A stretch of 64,000 nt of DNA from Setoptus koraiensis (taxonomy: Eukaryota > Animalia > Arthropoda): positions 6,324,001 to 6,388,000 of the forward strand of contig CM106585.1 in assembly GCA_048013815.1 (NCBI GenBank). The letters run 5' to 3'. Position 1 is the stretch's first letter. Each line of letters begins with the position of its first letter. Both the position numbers and the translations under genes were made by a program. Below the pieces are notes generated by a model. It was not told the DNA's origin and searched no databases. It saw only the letters and a list, made by a program, of their open reading frames with translations. Shown piece after piece: positions 20,218-35,903 of the stretch.

Positions 20218-22583
20218 GGGTGATGCGAAACTTGACGACTCACGTGTCTACATCTAGACTTAATTGTTATACAAGATCCATAACACAATCAGCAAAATAT
20301 GTCGCACTTTCGATTAATCAACATTGAACCATCTACGCCTGGACCTTTTTCCAAAATTAACCCATTCATTGGATCAATAAAACACTAATTCTGATTCAAT
20401 AACTCCGTCTCAAATTTTCTATCCTTATTTATCGTACTATCGAATTCTTACGTATTCATTTGTTTGTCAGTGTTGTGCCGGGCCAGCTGATGCTGACAGC
20501 GGTCACAATGCGAGGCTCGCCCGAGATTGAGATTGGCAGCGCCACTGAAAGCGCATACAAGTGCAGGTAATTGATTAGCGAAATTGATGGCACTAAAACT
20601 TTATTTTTATTTAGGGACATTGTAAAACGTTTGGCGGTGGCGCGCCACCGAAGGCCATAAAACGACTACTCTCGAGCGCCATTGTTGTCTCACAATGCCT
20701 GTCAATTGTATCATGGGCTCTAACTAGACCGGCGCGCAAGCCGGGCTAATTCGGGCAAGTGGCGAGCGTGCGCTCCTCAGACGAGACTGCCGCAGTGCGA
20801 CTGCGAGCGAGATTGCGGCTGCCGGATGCGACGGGCGACCCGAGCGGTTATTGTTGCGCGCAGCGGCAGGAATGCGCCCGTTCGGCGCCACTAGCGTCTC
20901 GCTGGAATCTCCGACGAGCTGAGGCGAGCACCGATGGGCTGAGAAGAGCTGAGAAGAGCTGAGACGAGTAAAACGGGCCGGTCGGGCTCGCATGCAGCAA
21001 GACAACAAGTGCGAGTTATAGCAACATTGTGAAGCCATAATAAAAATAATAATAAATAATACACATATCCATGCATAATTTAATATCGCTGCCTATAATT
21101 CTTGCGAGTCGCTTGTTTATAATTCTTTCTAATAATTCCATTTGATTAGCGCTTATTTGCATGAGCAAATGGCTGCGATGAAACTGGCCCGGCCGGCTCG
21201 TTCTATCCGCCATTCGGGCGGCTGTTGTTGTTGATGAGACCCTTGGTAGACCCTTGAGAATGCGCAAGTTTCACACAGATCTTGGAGGTCACAAAGGACG
21301 TGTAACAACCAGAAGGCATTTTTGATATCGGGTTGAGACCACCTTATATGGCTACAGTATCAAGAGTTGGTCACCTGGCACAACCTAACCCACTCCTGTT
21401 GAAATATTGTACATTTGTCATTTTCCAAACTTTCGGGCTACCTGACTCTCTCTAGCTATCTCGCGGCACCTGGATCAGTCGGTTGAAAAAGGAAGCCCGA
21501 GAGAACAGCATCTAAATAAAGTCTATGATAAAAAATCTCATATTGATAATCTCACACATGTATTCACATGCATCGGTATAACGGTTATAATGTGCCAGTT
21601 ATATAATCATGGCAGTAAGGGGTTCGTCAAACAGATGATCAGACGGAGAGATGATGAGAATTGAGAAATGGATATAGACTCAAACAGTGACGATGAGGTG
21701 TCCGAATTTCTCACGGCATTAACAATGTTCTACAAATTTGCGGCACTCACAAGTCTATCATTTATGTTTGAACAATCATTATTATTGTGCACGGCTTGAC
21801 TATAATCTTGTCCCAAATTTTTATATGTCGGCGACTGACGACTCATCAGATTACTCGAATTAATGGCAGTAGCGTCGGTTTACTGGTATTCGTATATTTG
21901 CGAATGTTGCTGCTAAGAATGTATAGTAAGAGGTTTATGTTCTGCCTGACCAGAATAAGTTGAATCAAGAGGAGAATCTTGAATAATGTGATTTAGAATT
22001 ATAGCACATGTTTGATTTTGGTTGACCCCTTGCAAGATACATTGTACCGGATATAAGGAAACAGCATCATACTCATTACAAGTTCACCGAACAAATCTTG
22101 AAGGATCTATAGGCTATGATGTCAGATTCTTGTGCCTGTGTATTGTTGAGTTCTTTATCACAAGCGAGTTGATAGAATGGCCATGAGCACAACCAGTACA
22201 CTATTTCATGACTTTCATTCCGCTTACTCTCGAACATACTCAAGAATGCGCGAGTTTCACACCGAAAAATCTGAGAAATCACGAATTAAGTGATTTTAAT
22301 TTATTGCAACAACATAAAAGATTGCATCCGGAAATGAGAGATCGCTCTTCGAACACAGTGAAGTTTCGAATGATTTGAAGTTTCAAATGGCGCGCTCGAT
22401 TAGTCAGACTGCGGGCATGCGTTGAAAATCGAGAATGAAATAGTTCGCCATGCTATCTTTCATTGATACACGTGCTTCTCGCCAGAATTGCTGAAACTTA
22501 ATTGAAGCCTCCTTCACTTATCCTTTATTTATTAGGTCTGAATTTATCCGTATTTTCAGAAATCAACTTCAAAATAGTTCAAC

Positions 22584-25214
22584 ATGGCGCAAAAACCCAG
22601 CAGAAATGTCGACAAAACCATCATGCATAACTTCTACATGCTAGTACATCCCCATCAAAATGTACGACTTACCGCGGCAAGATCCACCTTCAAAATTCTT
22701 CAATCTAGTAGCAATCAGGAAAAGACCAATGAGAATCTCAATTACTGTATCGAGCGGCTGGTTTCTGGTTTGGCTTCGGCCAGAGAAAATGCTCGCAACG
22801 GATTTGGTGTATTATTATTGGAGATTCTGGAAAACATGCAGGTCTCATTCGACCGGTTGTTCAATATTGCGGAACAAAAGTTTGGAAACATAAACAAAGA
22901 TCTACATAGAGACAATATTTTAGGATGGTATTTATTGATGAATATTATCCTGAAAAGTGGCTTGATAAAGAGTAAAAAGAAAAACGAGTCTAAATACAGT
23001 TCGAAAATATTCAAGACACTTCAGCAGTTGAGAAAGGTCAAAACTTACATGGAAGTTCCAATATGCAACATGATCCAGGAATATATCGAGTTTTTTGTCG
23101 ATTACATACCCGATGACCTGCCGCGATCAGTGCTTGCATCAGATACTAAACTGTCAACTTACTCATGGTTCCTAGCACTCATTTACAACCAGCACAAAAC
23201 TCTACCAGAGCTAGATTCTCTAGATAAGTCGGAATTTCCGTTGTTTGCTGGCCTTATAATGGATGCAACGGCATATAAACCACATATGCACCCCTTAATC
23301 TCTTTGGCCTGCGAACTTATATTGAAAAATAGAAATGAACTGTTCGATAGATTCTTCAAGGATGTGGTACAACCTGCCCTTTTCGTCAAAGATCACTCAG
23401 ATTTGGCAGAATTGGGGTTTCAGTTGATCAGTAAGTTGATAAGATCCGACTTCTCTAATTCCCACAACATTGGTACTTTGATGGACGAAAACACAGTGAG
23501 AACCTGTATCACCAATAGTAAGACCTCTCGCCTGTCTACAACAGTATCGGAATTCTTCCGTAGTTTAGTGGATTACTTCAAAGAGAACTCAGAAAATGAT
23601 GATAAATCAACTGCCAGTAAGTTGAGTGCAATTCTTGACGGTTTCACAGAGTCTCCCGGTTCTATAGACTTCGATCATGATAGCCGCTCCACAGTAGTGC
23701 AACAACTGTTGATACATAGCCCTGTTAAAGTTCTCAAAAAGTATATTGTTAAGTTGCAAAATGTCCTCTTGGGTTCGAAATTTAAGGACAATCAAACAGA
23801 TCAAAGAATCAAAGTTTCTAGCATTCGACAAATAGCTTTCATCGTGAAACGACCACAGTTCGCAAAGGAGTTCAGTGTCGTCGAAAATATTTCACAATTC
23901 CTTCTACTGCATTCTTTCTTTGTAGTTAATGAAGGCGCTTCTCAACTCAAGTCGAAACATTTGGAGTCTACATATGCAGAGACCTTGACAAAACCTATCC
24001 GACCATTCGACAGTGAATTGCGACAATCATTCAAAAAAGCTTTGTATATTGTGATCGATCACATCATCTCACGCAGTACTCCGCAAGAGCGCTATGAAAG
24101 GATTAATTCATTGATAACACGAGCAAACACTCTTATACGTATGACTAACGGGGAAGTTGAGTATATTTGCCCCAAACAGGAAGAAGGTGAAGACACATTA
24201 AAAAGATGGAGAAAATATATTCGCAAGACAAAATCTTCCCGTGAGTTGTTGGAACGTGGAGAAAATATGAGAGAATTGTATGCAATATTGCTCCTCTACC
24301 ACTTCTATGGTTTGCAAATATTGGAGCACGGCATAAATGTTTCCAATGAACTAGCTGACCTTGTCACTTGCTTGACAAAGGCTGCCGATGCTGATGTAAC
24401 AGAACCTTGCTGGGCCGATGTTATCACTGACTTACTTTTGGGCATATTATCATCGACGGAATTCCTGCCTGCATTTCGTAAAATTGCTGAGACAGTTTTT
24501 TCTGGTATAATACCACATCTTACTTCCAACTCATTGGATTCTATCTGCTTAGCAATTGGCGGAAGCGAGCCTTGCGAAGATGAGGATAGCGAAGGACCAT
24601 ACCCATCCGATGACGAGGATGGTGAAGGAGTGCCAGACAACAATGAGTCAATGGATGTTGATCATCAAAACTCCAAGATTACAAGAGAGAATACCGAAGC
24701 GAATCAAGTAAATTCCCACAACTCAAACGACTTAGACATGGATGTTGATCACAGAGGCGATAGTGATGATGAGGAGGTTCTAGATGATGAACAAATGATG
24801 AAATTTGATGATGCATTATCAGAACTTTTCAAAATCAATCGAGTAGCCAATTCATCTAAAGATGAAAAATCAAAGCACCAGTTTGAGCTCAGGCTGCGAT
24901 GCTTGGACTTAGCGAGAAAATTTTTGTTTAAGAAAGACGTTGACGCGCAACTCGTTGATATCCTGGTCAAACATCTCATTCCACTTGCTAAATCCAGTAG
25001 GAAAGACGCCTCCAACCGACCGCTAGCTGATAAAATCCTACTGTTGTTTAGCAAATCACCACACAAGTCTAAAAACGAGAGGATAAAGAAGTTGCTCGTA
25101 AAGTCGAAAAAATCTAAGAAGCCTCACAACAAGTCAAAGAAGCCTGATTCAAATGGTGCAACCAAAAAGGAAAAATCTAAGAAGGTTGAGAAAAAAAAAT
25201 CAAGAAGACATTAG
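22584..25214 (+). CDS. MYBBP1A: Myb-binding protein 1A / Pol5 family nucleolar protein, intronless
   Basis: YCIERLVSGLASARENARNGF, acidic region with DDEQMMKFDDALSELFK, and Lys-rich tail. Confidence 0.9.
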   Translation: MAQKPSRNVDKTIMHNFYMLVHPHQNVRLTAARSTFKILQSSSNQEKTNENLNYCIERLVSGLASARENARNGFGVLLLEILENMQVSFDRLFNIAEQKFGNINKDLHRDNILGWYLLMNIILKSGLIKSKKKNESKYSSKIFKTLQQLRKVKTYMEVPICNMIQEYIEFFVDYIPDDLPRSVLASDTKLSTYSWFLALIYNQHKTLPELDSLDKSEFPLFAGLIMDATAYKPHMHPLISLACELILKNRNELFDRFFKDVVQPALFVKDHSDLAELGFQLISKLIRSDFSNSHNIGTLMDENTVRTCITNSKTSRLSTTVSEFFRSLVDYFKENSENDDKSTASKLSAILDGFTESPGSIDFDHDSRSTVVQQLLIHSPVKVLKKYIVKLQNVLLGSKFKDNQTDQRIKVSSIRQIAFIVKRPQFAKEFSVVENISQFLLLHSFFVVNEGASQLKSKHLESTYAETLTKPIRPFDSELRQSFKKALYIVIDHIISRSTPQERYERINSLITRANTLIRMTNGEVEYICPKQEEGEDTLKRWRKYIRKTKSSRELLERGENMRELYAILLLYHFYGLQILEHGINVSNELADLVTCLTKAADADVTEPCWADVITDLLLGILSSTEFLPAFRKIAETVFSGIIPHLTSNSLDSICLAIGGSEPCEDEDSEGPYPSDDEDGEGVPDNNESMDVDHQNSKITRENTEANQVNSHNSNDLDMDVDHRGDSDDEEVLDDEQMMKFDDALSELFKINRVANSSKDEKSKHQFELRLRCLDLARKFLFKKDVDAQLVDILVKHLIPLAKSSRKDASNRPLADKILLLFSKSPHKSKNERIKKLLVKSKKSKKPHNKSKKPDSNGATKKEKSKKVEKKKSRRH

Positions 25215-25381
25215 AGTTCAATAAAAGATCTATCAAATTTCCCGCCATGAAGTATAAAACTCGTGTTGTATCCTTCGCCATGTGAATTATGTCAATCTTT
25301 AATTTTAGATTCTAGTTATCCTCCCTTCATCCATAATTCTTCTTTGCTGTCCACTTGATTTATCCCATCTTATATTGGAAG

Positions 25382-25972
25382 ATGAGTGCGGCCAAAAAGG
25401 TGAAAGCCTTCAAGAAGGCGGCCGAGAGAGTTATCCACACCACACCTTTGTTAGTATGGGTCGCGGCCGGCATGGCCGCTCCAGGACCACCATTAGGACC
25501 CCACTTAGGCCAGAGGGGCATTAATGTAGCTCAATTCTGTAAAGAATTCAACGAAAGAACAAGAGAAGTTAAGAAAGGGATACCTATCCCTTGTTGGATC
25601 ACAATGAATCCCGACAGGTCATATGGATTACATTTATCAACACCCCCAGTCAGTTACTTTCTAAAACAAGCTACGGGCGCGGAAAGAGGCGCTCAATCTT
25701 CAGCGTCTGGTGAGATTGCAGGCAAGCTGACACTAAAACATATCTATGAGATAGCCAAAGTTAAAAGTCAAGACGCTCTCAATGACTGCGTCCCACTAGA
25801 GACCATATGCCAGAAAATTATAGATGAGGCAATCTTCATGGGTTTTGAAGTTGTTCGAGATCTCAAAGAGGATGAATACAGAGAGTTTCTCAAGAATAGA
25901 GAAAGCGAAATCCAAGAGCAAATTCGAGAACTGGAGGCGAAGCGTCAAGCTAGGCTACAAAGAACCAGTTAA
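25382..25972 (+). CDS. mRpL11: Mitochondrial ribosomal protein L11
   Basis: [43 protein letters not shown]. Confidence 0.96.
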   Translation: MSAAKKVKAFKKAAERVIHTTPLLVWVAAGMAAPGPPLGPHLGQRGINVAQFCKEFNERTREVKKGIPIPCWITMNPDRSYGLHLSTPPVSYFLKQATGAERGAQSSASGEIAGKLTLKHIYEIAKVKSQDALNDCVPLETICQKIIDEAIFMGFEVVRDLKEDEYREFLKNRESEIQEQIRELEAKRQARLQRTS

Positions 25973-26219
25973 CAGAATAAGTGATCTTGCCATCTTGAAT
26001 ATACATGCAGAACATCAACTCTACTCGGTGCTCTAGATTGATGGATTGAAAAGATTACAAACTCACCAATTCAGATAAGTCTCGACAACGCTCGGGGTTT
26101 GACATGTTAGAAGCTGCTTTTGTTTGTATTAAAATTTATAGATATAGCAACTATTATACAAATAATTACAGTAGAGTGTTCTTTAATTTTTTTGTCTCGA
26201 ATACGTAACACAGATTGAG

Positions 26220-27799
<1,580 letters not shown>

Positions 27800-29138
27800 T
27801 TCGGTGTTTTTTTCCTCAATAACTAGTGAGAGTAAATCATTGATGGCTGTTCATCATGTTTTGAACAAACCATGTGCTGTGTTTTTTATATAAAAATATA
27901 TATAAATACTATTGATATATAGACGGGTACTAAATGGATTCCTGTTTATCTTGATATTTTGCTACTCCTGGTGATGAAAGCTGACAATAATAGACAGTCA
28001 TAGAAGTTCTATATCATGGTTTGTTTGTGCCTCATTAATAAAAGACTGATTGAAAGTAGTTCATTGTGAACATGACAAGTAGTGAAGGAACAACATTCAC
28101 GTATTATCTATAACAGCCAGCCGTTGTAATGTGGTTGGAGATTAGCCTTGAAATGAACGTTGACGGGTTTAAGAACATGAGATACTAATCGTGCCGCTGA
28201 CGGGATAGCAGTTAGTTATTACTGGTATTTTATACACTTGACTTGTGATTCTATAGCGTAGACGAGTCTCTATCGATTGTTGGCTGTTTAATGATGGCTG
28301 CTGATTTTACACAGCTGGGTTAGTTAGTTGATCACCTGACACAGGAACTGAGCGACATGCAACTATATCACCAAATGTGCGGTGTAGCATTTGTTGAAGA
28401 CACAGGCATTTTTTGCTGTCGCTCATTTAAAACAAAATTCGTAGTAGATACTTTGGGGTTCTAGTAAAAGTTTATTTTGTCATTGAACGCTTATCATGAG
28501 CTAATGGTAACAAACATTAATGATACTTGTTAGACCATATTGTATAGATTGATTGCAATAGATTAGACAAGAGCAAATGCTTCATTTATTCAAAAGTGGC
28601 GCTAGCAAGTATTTGCGAACTAAAGATGGCGCTGTTTTTTTTTGTTAGTTTACACAAAAGTTTTACCACTCATCTCATACGACTAACTTTTGATTATTTT
28701 CATCGTCGTCTCATTATTGTCCCTTGTTCATATGAATTCATCTTGGAGTATTTTTATCATAAATAAACGCTGGCCTCTAGAATAAATGGGCCCACTAAAT
28801 TGCAATATTATTTGTTTTAAATGAGTAAGAGAATATCCACCGACCGGAAGACAATGTTGACGAACACCATGCATTGAGAATCTGCAGAAGTTTAAACTTC
28901 GCGGTCTGAGTAAAACGCGCTGAAAGAAATTGAACGATTGCGCAGAAGTGAATCATAGACTAGTATAGTGCATCACTGAGGACTAACAAGAAAAAAAGTT
29001 AAAATGCTATGTTAACAAGTCTAATAAGGACTCAACGATTACACAATAAGCCTAGCAACTCAATGACAAACTACATTAATCAATTAATATCAACATAATT
29101 TACAAGTCACAGGTATTTCACTTTCCAATTGATATTAC

Positions 29139-31423
29139 ATGGATTCTATAGATCAAAAATGTCCGGTAGCTGGTTGTGATGGATCCGGACATATTACTGG
29201 AGTTTATGCACATCATCGCAGCTTATCCGGGTGCCCAAGGAGAGATCGCGCATCAATCGAGCTTTCTTTCCAACATGATATAGTACTTAGGTGAGTGATA
29301 AAACGATTATATTCCTATGATCAATTCAATCAGTTGACTTGATTGAGGCTCGTGATGATTTTGTTGGTGTTCCAACAATTCAGGCACTACAATTCCAATT
29401 ATCAATCTCCGCTATAACTCAGTTCTCAGATACGTGCATATAACAATTTACAACTGTTTTCGTCAAACTGTTTGAGTAGAGCTTCTAGAGTGAGCAAAAA
29501 ATTCTTACAACATTCTGGAATATCGAGTTTTCTAGTGGATAGTTCCAAGTATAAGATTTCATCTAAAACACTTGTAATTGATAATTCCTCTGCCGTTTCT
29601 TCAAAATTGGCACGTAATTTATTCAGACTTTAGTGTTTCTTGGCAAAAACTCCACACCCTCTCTCTAAACTCCATCCCTCAATAATTTCACCTTGTTTAC
29701 ATTTATCAACAGATGCCCAACTCCCGGATGTAATGGCTCAGGTCACATCAACAAGAATCGAAACTCTCATAGAAGCGTGTCTGGGTGTCCTTTGGCTTCA
29801 GCTAAGGCTAGATACCAAGCACGAAATAATAATCTTGAGGACAAAACTTACAGCAGCGAATCAGACGGGAGCTCCACTAACCCGACGCCTACTCCCACAA
29901 ATGGTGTGAATCATAATCTTGTAGATGATCACATGCTTAGACCCATGTGTTTTGTGAAGCATCTTGGGGAACCGGGTCACACCGGCCAGATCAACCTTGC
30001 CACACCCAGAACTAATCTCTCTAAAGAATTAGAGAAATATTCGAAACCTCAGATTAACTGCGATGCCAATTTAGCAACTGTTTTTAGCTCCACAAGGCCA
30101 TCGATATTAGGAAAGTCAAGATCACAACCGAGCACTAATACATTATCAGTTCAGCTAGCTGGAACAGCTAACAATTTTTCCTCTCACATCTCATCTCAAG
30201 ATAACTCCAACACATCTAACGTAAACAGCGACAATTCTTCACATCCATCGCCCTCAATTTCTCCTGGACCATCTGACAGACTATCGTTGCTTGCACCAAA
30301 AACCGAACACCAATTCAGACAATCTGCTAACAAGAGTCCTAGCAAGAGAAGAAAGTCTCGTCTGATACACAGAGAAGATATGACAAAGCATGATATTTTA
30401 TCCGGCAATGAATTTATATTAGATACAGATTTGAATAATCCATCATCTAACCAAAGTGATAGCACGCCGAAAAGATCGCATGAAACTAATGACTCTTCCT
30501 CGAAGCGAGCAAAGAGAATAAATTCATCAGCATCAGGAGGAAATCGCTTGAGTTCAGATCGTGCACGTTCACGACCTGTCATTAGTACGGACTCTGATGG
30601 CAACCTTAGTGATGCTGATTCATATTCCCCTTCAAATAAATTAGGTAGAGATGGTCGGGAACTTTTGAGATGCCCTCATCCTGATTGCAATGGTATGGGG
30701 CATGTGAGTGGTTACTATGCAACTCATAGGAGCCTATCTGGATGCCCGCTTGCAGATAGAGCTCAAGTTTTAGCAAATCATCAAGAACTTCGTTGCCCCA
30801 CAGAGAATTGCGATGGCTCAGGACACATAACAGGTGTATATTCCTCTCATCGGAGTCTATCTGGTTGTCCTAGGGCCAAACAGAATGCACGTTTGGCTTC
30901 ACCAAACAAAAAAACTAGCAGCGCCCCAATCTCACCAGTGGGAGGTAAATCTAAGCTCCATCTAACTAAGAGATTCGACGATCTCACCAACACTTTGGAC
31001 CCAAGATTTAGTTCGAGTCCAAATCATAGATATGATCCTGCAGATACCTCTGATACTGATGATCTAACCACTATTCTTCAGAGAAATAACAGACTCAGAA
31101 AAGATTTGAGTTTGTACGAATCTGAGGTGGAGAAGTTTGATGCTCTCATCATTCAACTAGATAATGAGCACCAAGTTCTCACAGAGAAGAGTATGCAAGC
31201 ACAGCAATTCTATAAAGAACTGAGAGACAAATTTCTCGAGGCCATTGATAAAATTGATCCCAAACTAGTATTAGAGCCACATATAAACAAGGAGGAACTT
31301 TTGGACATGAGTTTGAGTCGAATAAATGCTATTTGCTCAAACATCAAGGAATCAGAAGACAACGAAAAGATGTATCTGTCCCTCAAAAATGCTCTTAGTC
31401 AATTTAGCTTGCCTGAGTCCTGA
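29139..31423 (+). CDS. Myt1: Myt1/ST18-family C2HC zinc-finger transcription factor; exons 29139-29290 and 29713-31423
   Basis: Four CP..GC.GSGH....HRS.SGCP fingers, [19 protein letters not shown] motif, C-terminal coiled coil; phase-2 intron of 422 nt. Confidence 0.95.
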
Positions 31424-31474
31424 GTAATCTTTCGAACAGCTCATGCTACTTTATTTGTTCTTCTCCGTCACACG

Positions 31475-34400
31475 CTAATACACCAAAAATTTATCATCAA
31501 TAAGAGCTTTAGTTACAAGATTCTGCCTAGTCAAATTACAATAACAAAGCTTCATCAAACTATTCATCACCCAAGTAATGATAACAGCAGCTAATAGGTT
31601 GTTTAACCAAACATCGACAACTGTCACAAGCATTAGCTCAAATATTACCAAGTCTAGCTCCATTCCCAGCCAAATCAATGATATGAATGAAGTCCCATCT
31701 GGCCATATTGGTAGGAGAATGAAACATGATATTCTATGGATTATTCAGAGAATAAGATTTAAGGAAATGAGTTCGGTTTACGAATTTCCAACATACCATT
31801 ATAGAAGTGAGCACCGTCTTGATGCTCTTCAATTTCCATATCTAAGAGCACCTCTGATGTTTTCTTATCACGAATAGTGTAATCAAGGTCTTTGAAACCA
31901 TGATCTATGAAGTTAGTTAAAAATCTGTTGATAAGCCAGTGACGCGCAACAAGTCTATCAATGTCAGGTCTGTAGAACGAGAAAGAATTTGTCATGAAAC
32001 CACTCGATTTGGCTGTCGCACCTGATATACCAGTCGTAGCCAATAGCGGGGGACCTAAGTCGTCCTTATCTAGAAGTTTATGGTAATGCTTATTGATTGC
32101 AGTTGGAAGTAGCATCCTAAATGTCTGCTGGTCTGTGTTTGGTGCCAGGCCTCTCTTCGAGCATAGATCACGTTCCTCCCGTTCGAGGAATTCATTCAAC
32201 TCTTGCAAATTACATTCGGCCATACCATTAGCTGACCTCCCGTGGATGTAATATCCATACTTTGGGTACAACATCCCAAACAAACTGATCTGTAAATGTA
32301 GAATATATGTAAAATGAATTATTGGTTTACCATTAAGTTCGTCATCATTATTCTTTATCATATGCATTTGAATAGTATTATAAGCATTATGTTAAACATC
32401 GGAGAACCTTAATTTGGTGTCGGCTAAGTTCCTGAATATTACTTATGTAAAAAATTTGTTACTGCATGACAAACACGTATGAACGTGCTAACTATGTAAT
32501 GTGAAACCTTTTTAATAGGATACTAAAATAAAGCATGAACTAAAATCCATACTTACATTACAAATCGAGCAAAGATCTATGAATTCTCTGACGGTATCTT
32601 TAATCAACGGCTCATAAAGGATCATCTGGAACAATATCTGGCCTAAAGCAACTATGATGTAAACTGTTATAATGATGGCCATCCTACAAGTTAGACTAGT
32701 CGGTTCGTTGAGTTGTCTCGCTGCAGGGTCGATGTTGTTGCTGTAGGTAGCAAGTTTTATCAGGCCGATTAACTTTAGAGGTTCAACAGAATATATTTAA
32801 ACGACGTGGTTAGAATAGTATCTCAAATGTGGATTATGTGATACTTTCTCGAATAATGTCTTACCTCAAGAATAGATATGGAGACTAACAGTTGAAAAAT
32901 AATATTGATTCTTCTCTTTGTTTGCAAAAACAACCATCTATTGTATATGGAATAGCATCTCCATATACTTCTGCCACTATTGTCAAAATAATTTACTCTA
33001 GATGGTTTCTGCTCTTGTGTTACATTTGTGTCAACTTGGCGAGGTTTCTGCGTCTCATCATTGAGACTCTTTGCTGATATGTTATTGACATGTTGATGAT
33101 GGTTATTTAAACTCGTTTGCTTTGGCCTTTCCCAATCAAGAAAGAATATGTCCGAGTTTATGCGCCAATAGAAATCATTCATCAAACCTATAGTTTTCAA
33201 AATAAATGCTACAATGATATAAGTGATTAGACTAGATTCTTGCTGTCTAGTAGGAAGTATTGTAAAAGGTGCAGTTTGAAATTTGTAAACAATCAGGCAA
33301 TAGAAAGTTATCACATATATTGTTAATAATAGTAGATTGGCTAACATGTTGCCCATCATAATAAAATATTGGAAGATGGTCCATAAATCTATGGATGTCT
33401 TGCCGCATCTTTTGCACCAAGTGTAACTTTTTATGAGTGACCAAAAACCGCTTAAAAGACACAACAAACCCAACAGAGCTTCTCCATTCTTCTCCAAGTT
33501 TGAATTGCTCATAGAGTATGTGATCCTCAACTCTGTAGTGATTTCCATAGATTTCTTGGTTGGCGAAAAAAAAGTTTGGTTACTTGATTCACCGTATATA
33601 ATATCGGTGATATCGACAGACTCATAGTCTATTGTCAACAAAGGTGGGTATATAGATCCCGTACCCTCTCTTTTTCTCAGTCTAATATTCATATCTATAG
33701 ATCTAGGATATCTTAGGTAATGATGTGTCTTAGTGTTCGACGAGTTGCTCGGTTGCAGTTCAGCTGACGTTGAAGTTATGATATCGGTGAGAAAGAATCT
33801 TCTCACCAGTCGCCATCTAGATATATCATCATTCCTATTTATGTGCTGACCATTGAAAGCTAAGTTTTTGATCAATACAGGAACTGGTCTGATTTGAGTG
33901 ACATCATTTGTATGAATTACAAGGTAGAGATTATAGAAGATGCCTGTACCTTCGTTAACATCAGTATTTTCGACCAATTTACTGATCAGTGCATCTATTG
34001 GCGTGTCGCATACTTCATGAAAGTTTCGCCCAAACGGGAAGTCGTTTTTGAAGCCTTGTTTGTTCCTATCATTCTCTCTATGACGTGAGTTTATCTTCCT
34101 ATTCGATGGAACTTTACCTGAGCCTGCACTACAGATACGTAACTCATCTAATTTGAACTCTGAGGCACCAAGTAAGTGGCCTCGAGAGTTCCATCGGAAG
34201 GCTATAAATTGTACCTCTTGGTTAATCTTGTAAGTATTAGGTATGTTGACCTTGTATAATTCATCAATGGCTTCGTTCTCAATAAAAATGTTTGCTATGT
34301 CACTCTTGCGACCCAAAGGACTCTTTTTGAGATGCTCCTTCAAGTAATTACAAACGTTGCTTGTCTGTAGGGTCACTTTCCGATGAATGTTCGAGGCCCT

Positions 34401-35903
34401 ATGCAGGCCTGCTGTTTGCGTATTTTCCATGCTGCGGTGCGTATCGTGATGTGAATAAATGGTCATGACACACATATTGGACCACATCTGACACGCTGTA
34501 AGATTTCGATGATTTTTACATTGATCAATGGCAGATACAAGATTTTTAACAATAAATTCAGAAATGATTATCTTCGGCGTTTGTTTGATTCGATCCGACG
34601 AAAGCTCATTATTCAGATAGGCGGCATCGCCGTCTATATCATCAACTTGAGTTTCATCGTTGTCGAAGAATCTCACTCTGTTCAAAACATGTTGAGTTGT
34701 ATACTCTGATGTATCTATTGAACCACGATGGATTGTAGAGCCTATATCAATACCAGCCAAGATGTCACGACGATCTGTATACAAATCATTGGTGTCTAAG
34801 CCAACAACATTGTGAGACAGAGCCAAGAATTCATTCAATATTGCTTGGTGTGACTGATGAGTGAGACAAGTTCCAGCTAACAACGAGTATCCATCGCTCT
34901 CCTCGCATCGGCAACTCAACATGGGTCGACCGTTATCATTTTGCAACTCTCTCTGATTAGCTAAAAACGGATGATTGTTGCTATATTGATGCATCAATCT
35001 AGCAGAAAGCCTCTGCTGCTGAATGGGTGGTCTCAATATTATGCTTTCGTAACAAGGATCGCAGCGGAGCTCTAATTGGTTAGCTCTACTACCGTTCGGA
35101 CACTGATGACAATATTTTTCCAGTTGTCCATTTTCATTGAGCCGCTCATTGATAAATGCATTCTTCAAATGATCACAATTATCCAAACACGTCACCCTAG
35201 GTGCATATTCTTTATCCGGATCTATGGAATCCTTTACAGTTATATTTGTTGACGTTGGAATCTCGGTAACATTGGTCTCATTGGACGAGGTAGCAGTGGC
35301 AGGTCTTACAAGTGACATCCACAATGATGCAGGTTTTGGTGTTGTTAATGTTGTTGAACCTGTTAAGCTATTTTCTGTCAGATTTCTCGCTTCTTTCTGG
35401 TCGTGTTGATAAACATTATTTTGCAAACATTTGGCACATTCGTAACCACTTATTGATGTAACTGTATACTCAGGACACTTAAAACACCTGAAAAGATACC
35501 TGTTGTCTCCGCGTGTTTTGAAATAACCCTCTGGACATCTGCAGCTGAAGTGGTCGAGACTTGAGTGGAGAAAGTTTCCGGTTTCTTTAGCCTCACTTTT
35601 GAAAGAGCTATCAGTGGTGCCATCATCTGGTGACTCCGGTAACAAAGGACTGTCTCCATTAAAATTAATGAGAGTGTAATCATTTGAGTATCTTGAATCC
35701 TGTGCTGATCTGGTTTCTACAATGAGGATATTATCGGAACAATTGCTGCATATCATTTGTGTAGAATCATAATATTGATCTTTCAGACAATCCTCTGGTA
35801 AGACCAGTGTTTCAATAGAATCTGCTTCTACGCTGTTGATTGCTACTAAATCGAATAAGGCGAGCAGAACTAATAACGAAGCTTTCGTGTACGAGTTGAT
35901 CAT
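31475..35903 (-). CDS. TMEM67: Meckelin (TMEM67/MKS3); exons 35903-32865, 32772-32557, 32289-31797, 31698-31475
   Basis: Signal peptide, Cys-rich ectodomain, DIFFLDWERP, EFIDLCSICNIS, YGYYIHGRS, NLVTKALIDDKFL; introns 92, 267, 98 nt are frame-consistent. Confidence 0.93.

Noticed and set aside
20724-21267. Several overlapping short ORFs in the GC island
   Set aside because: High GC suppresses stop codons; the Ala/Arg/Ser-rich translations have no motifs.
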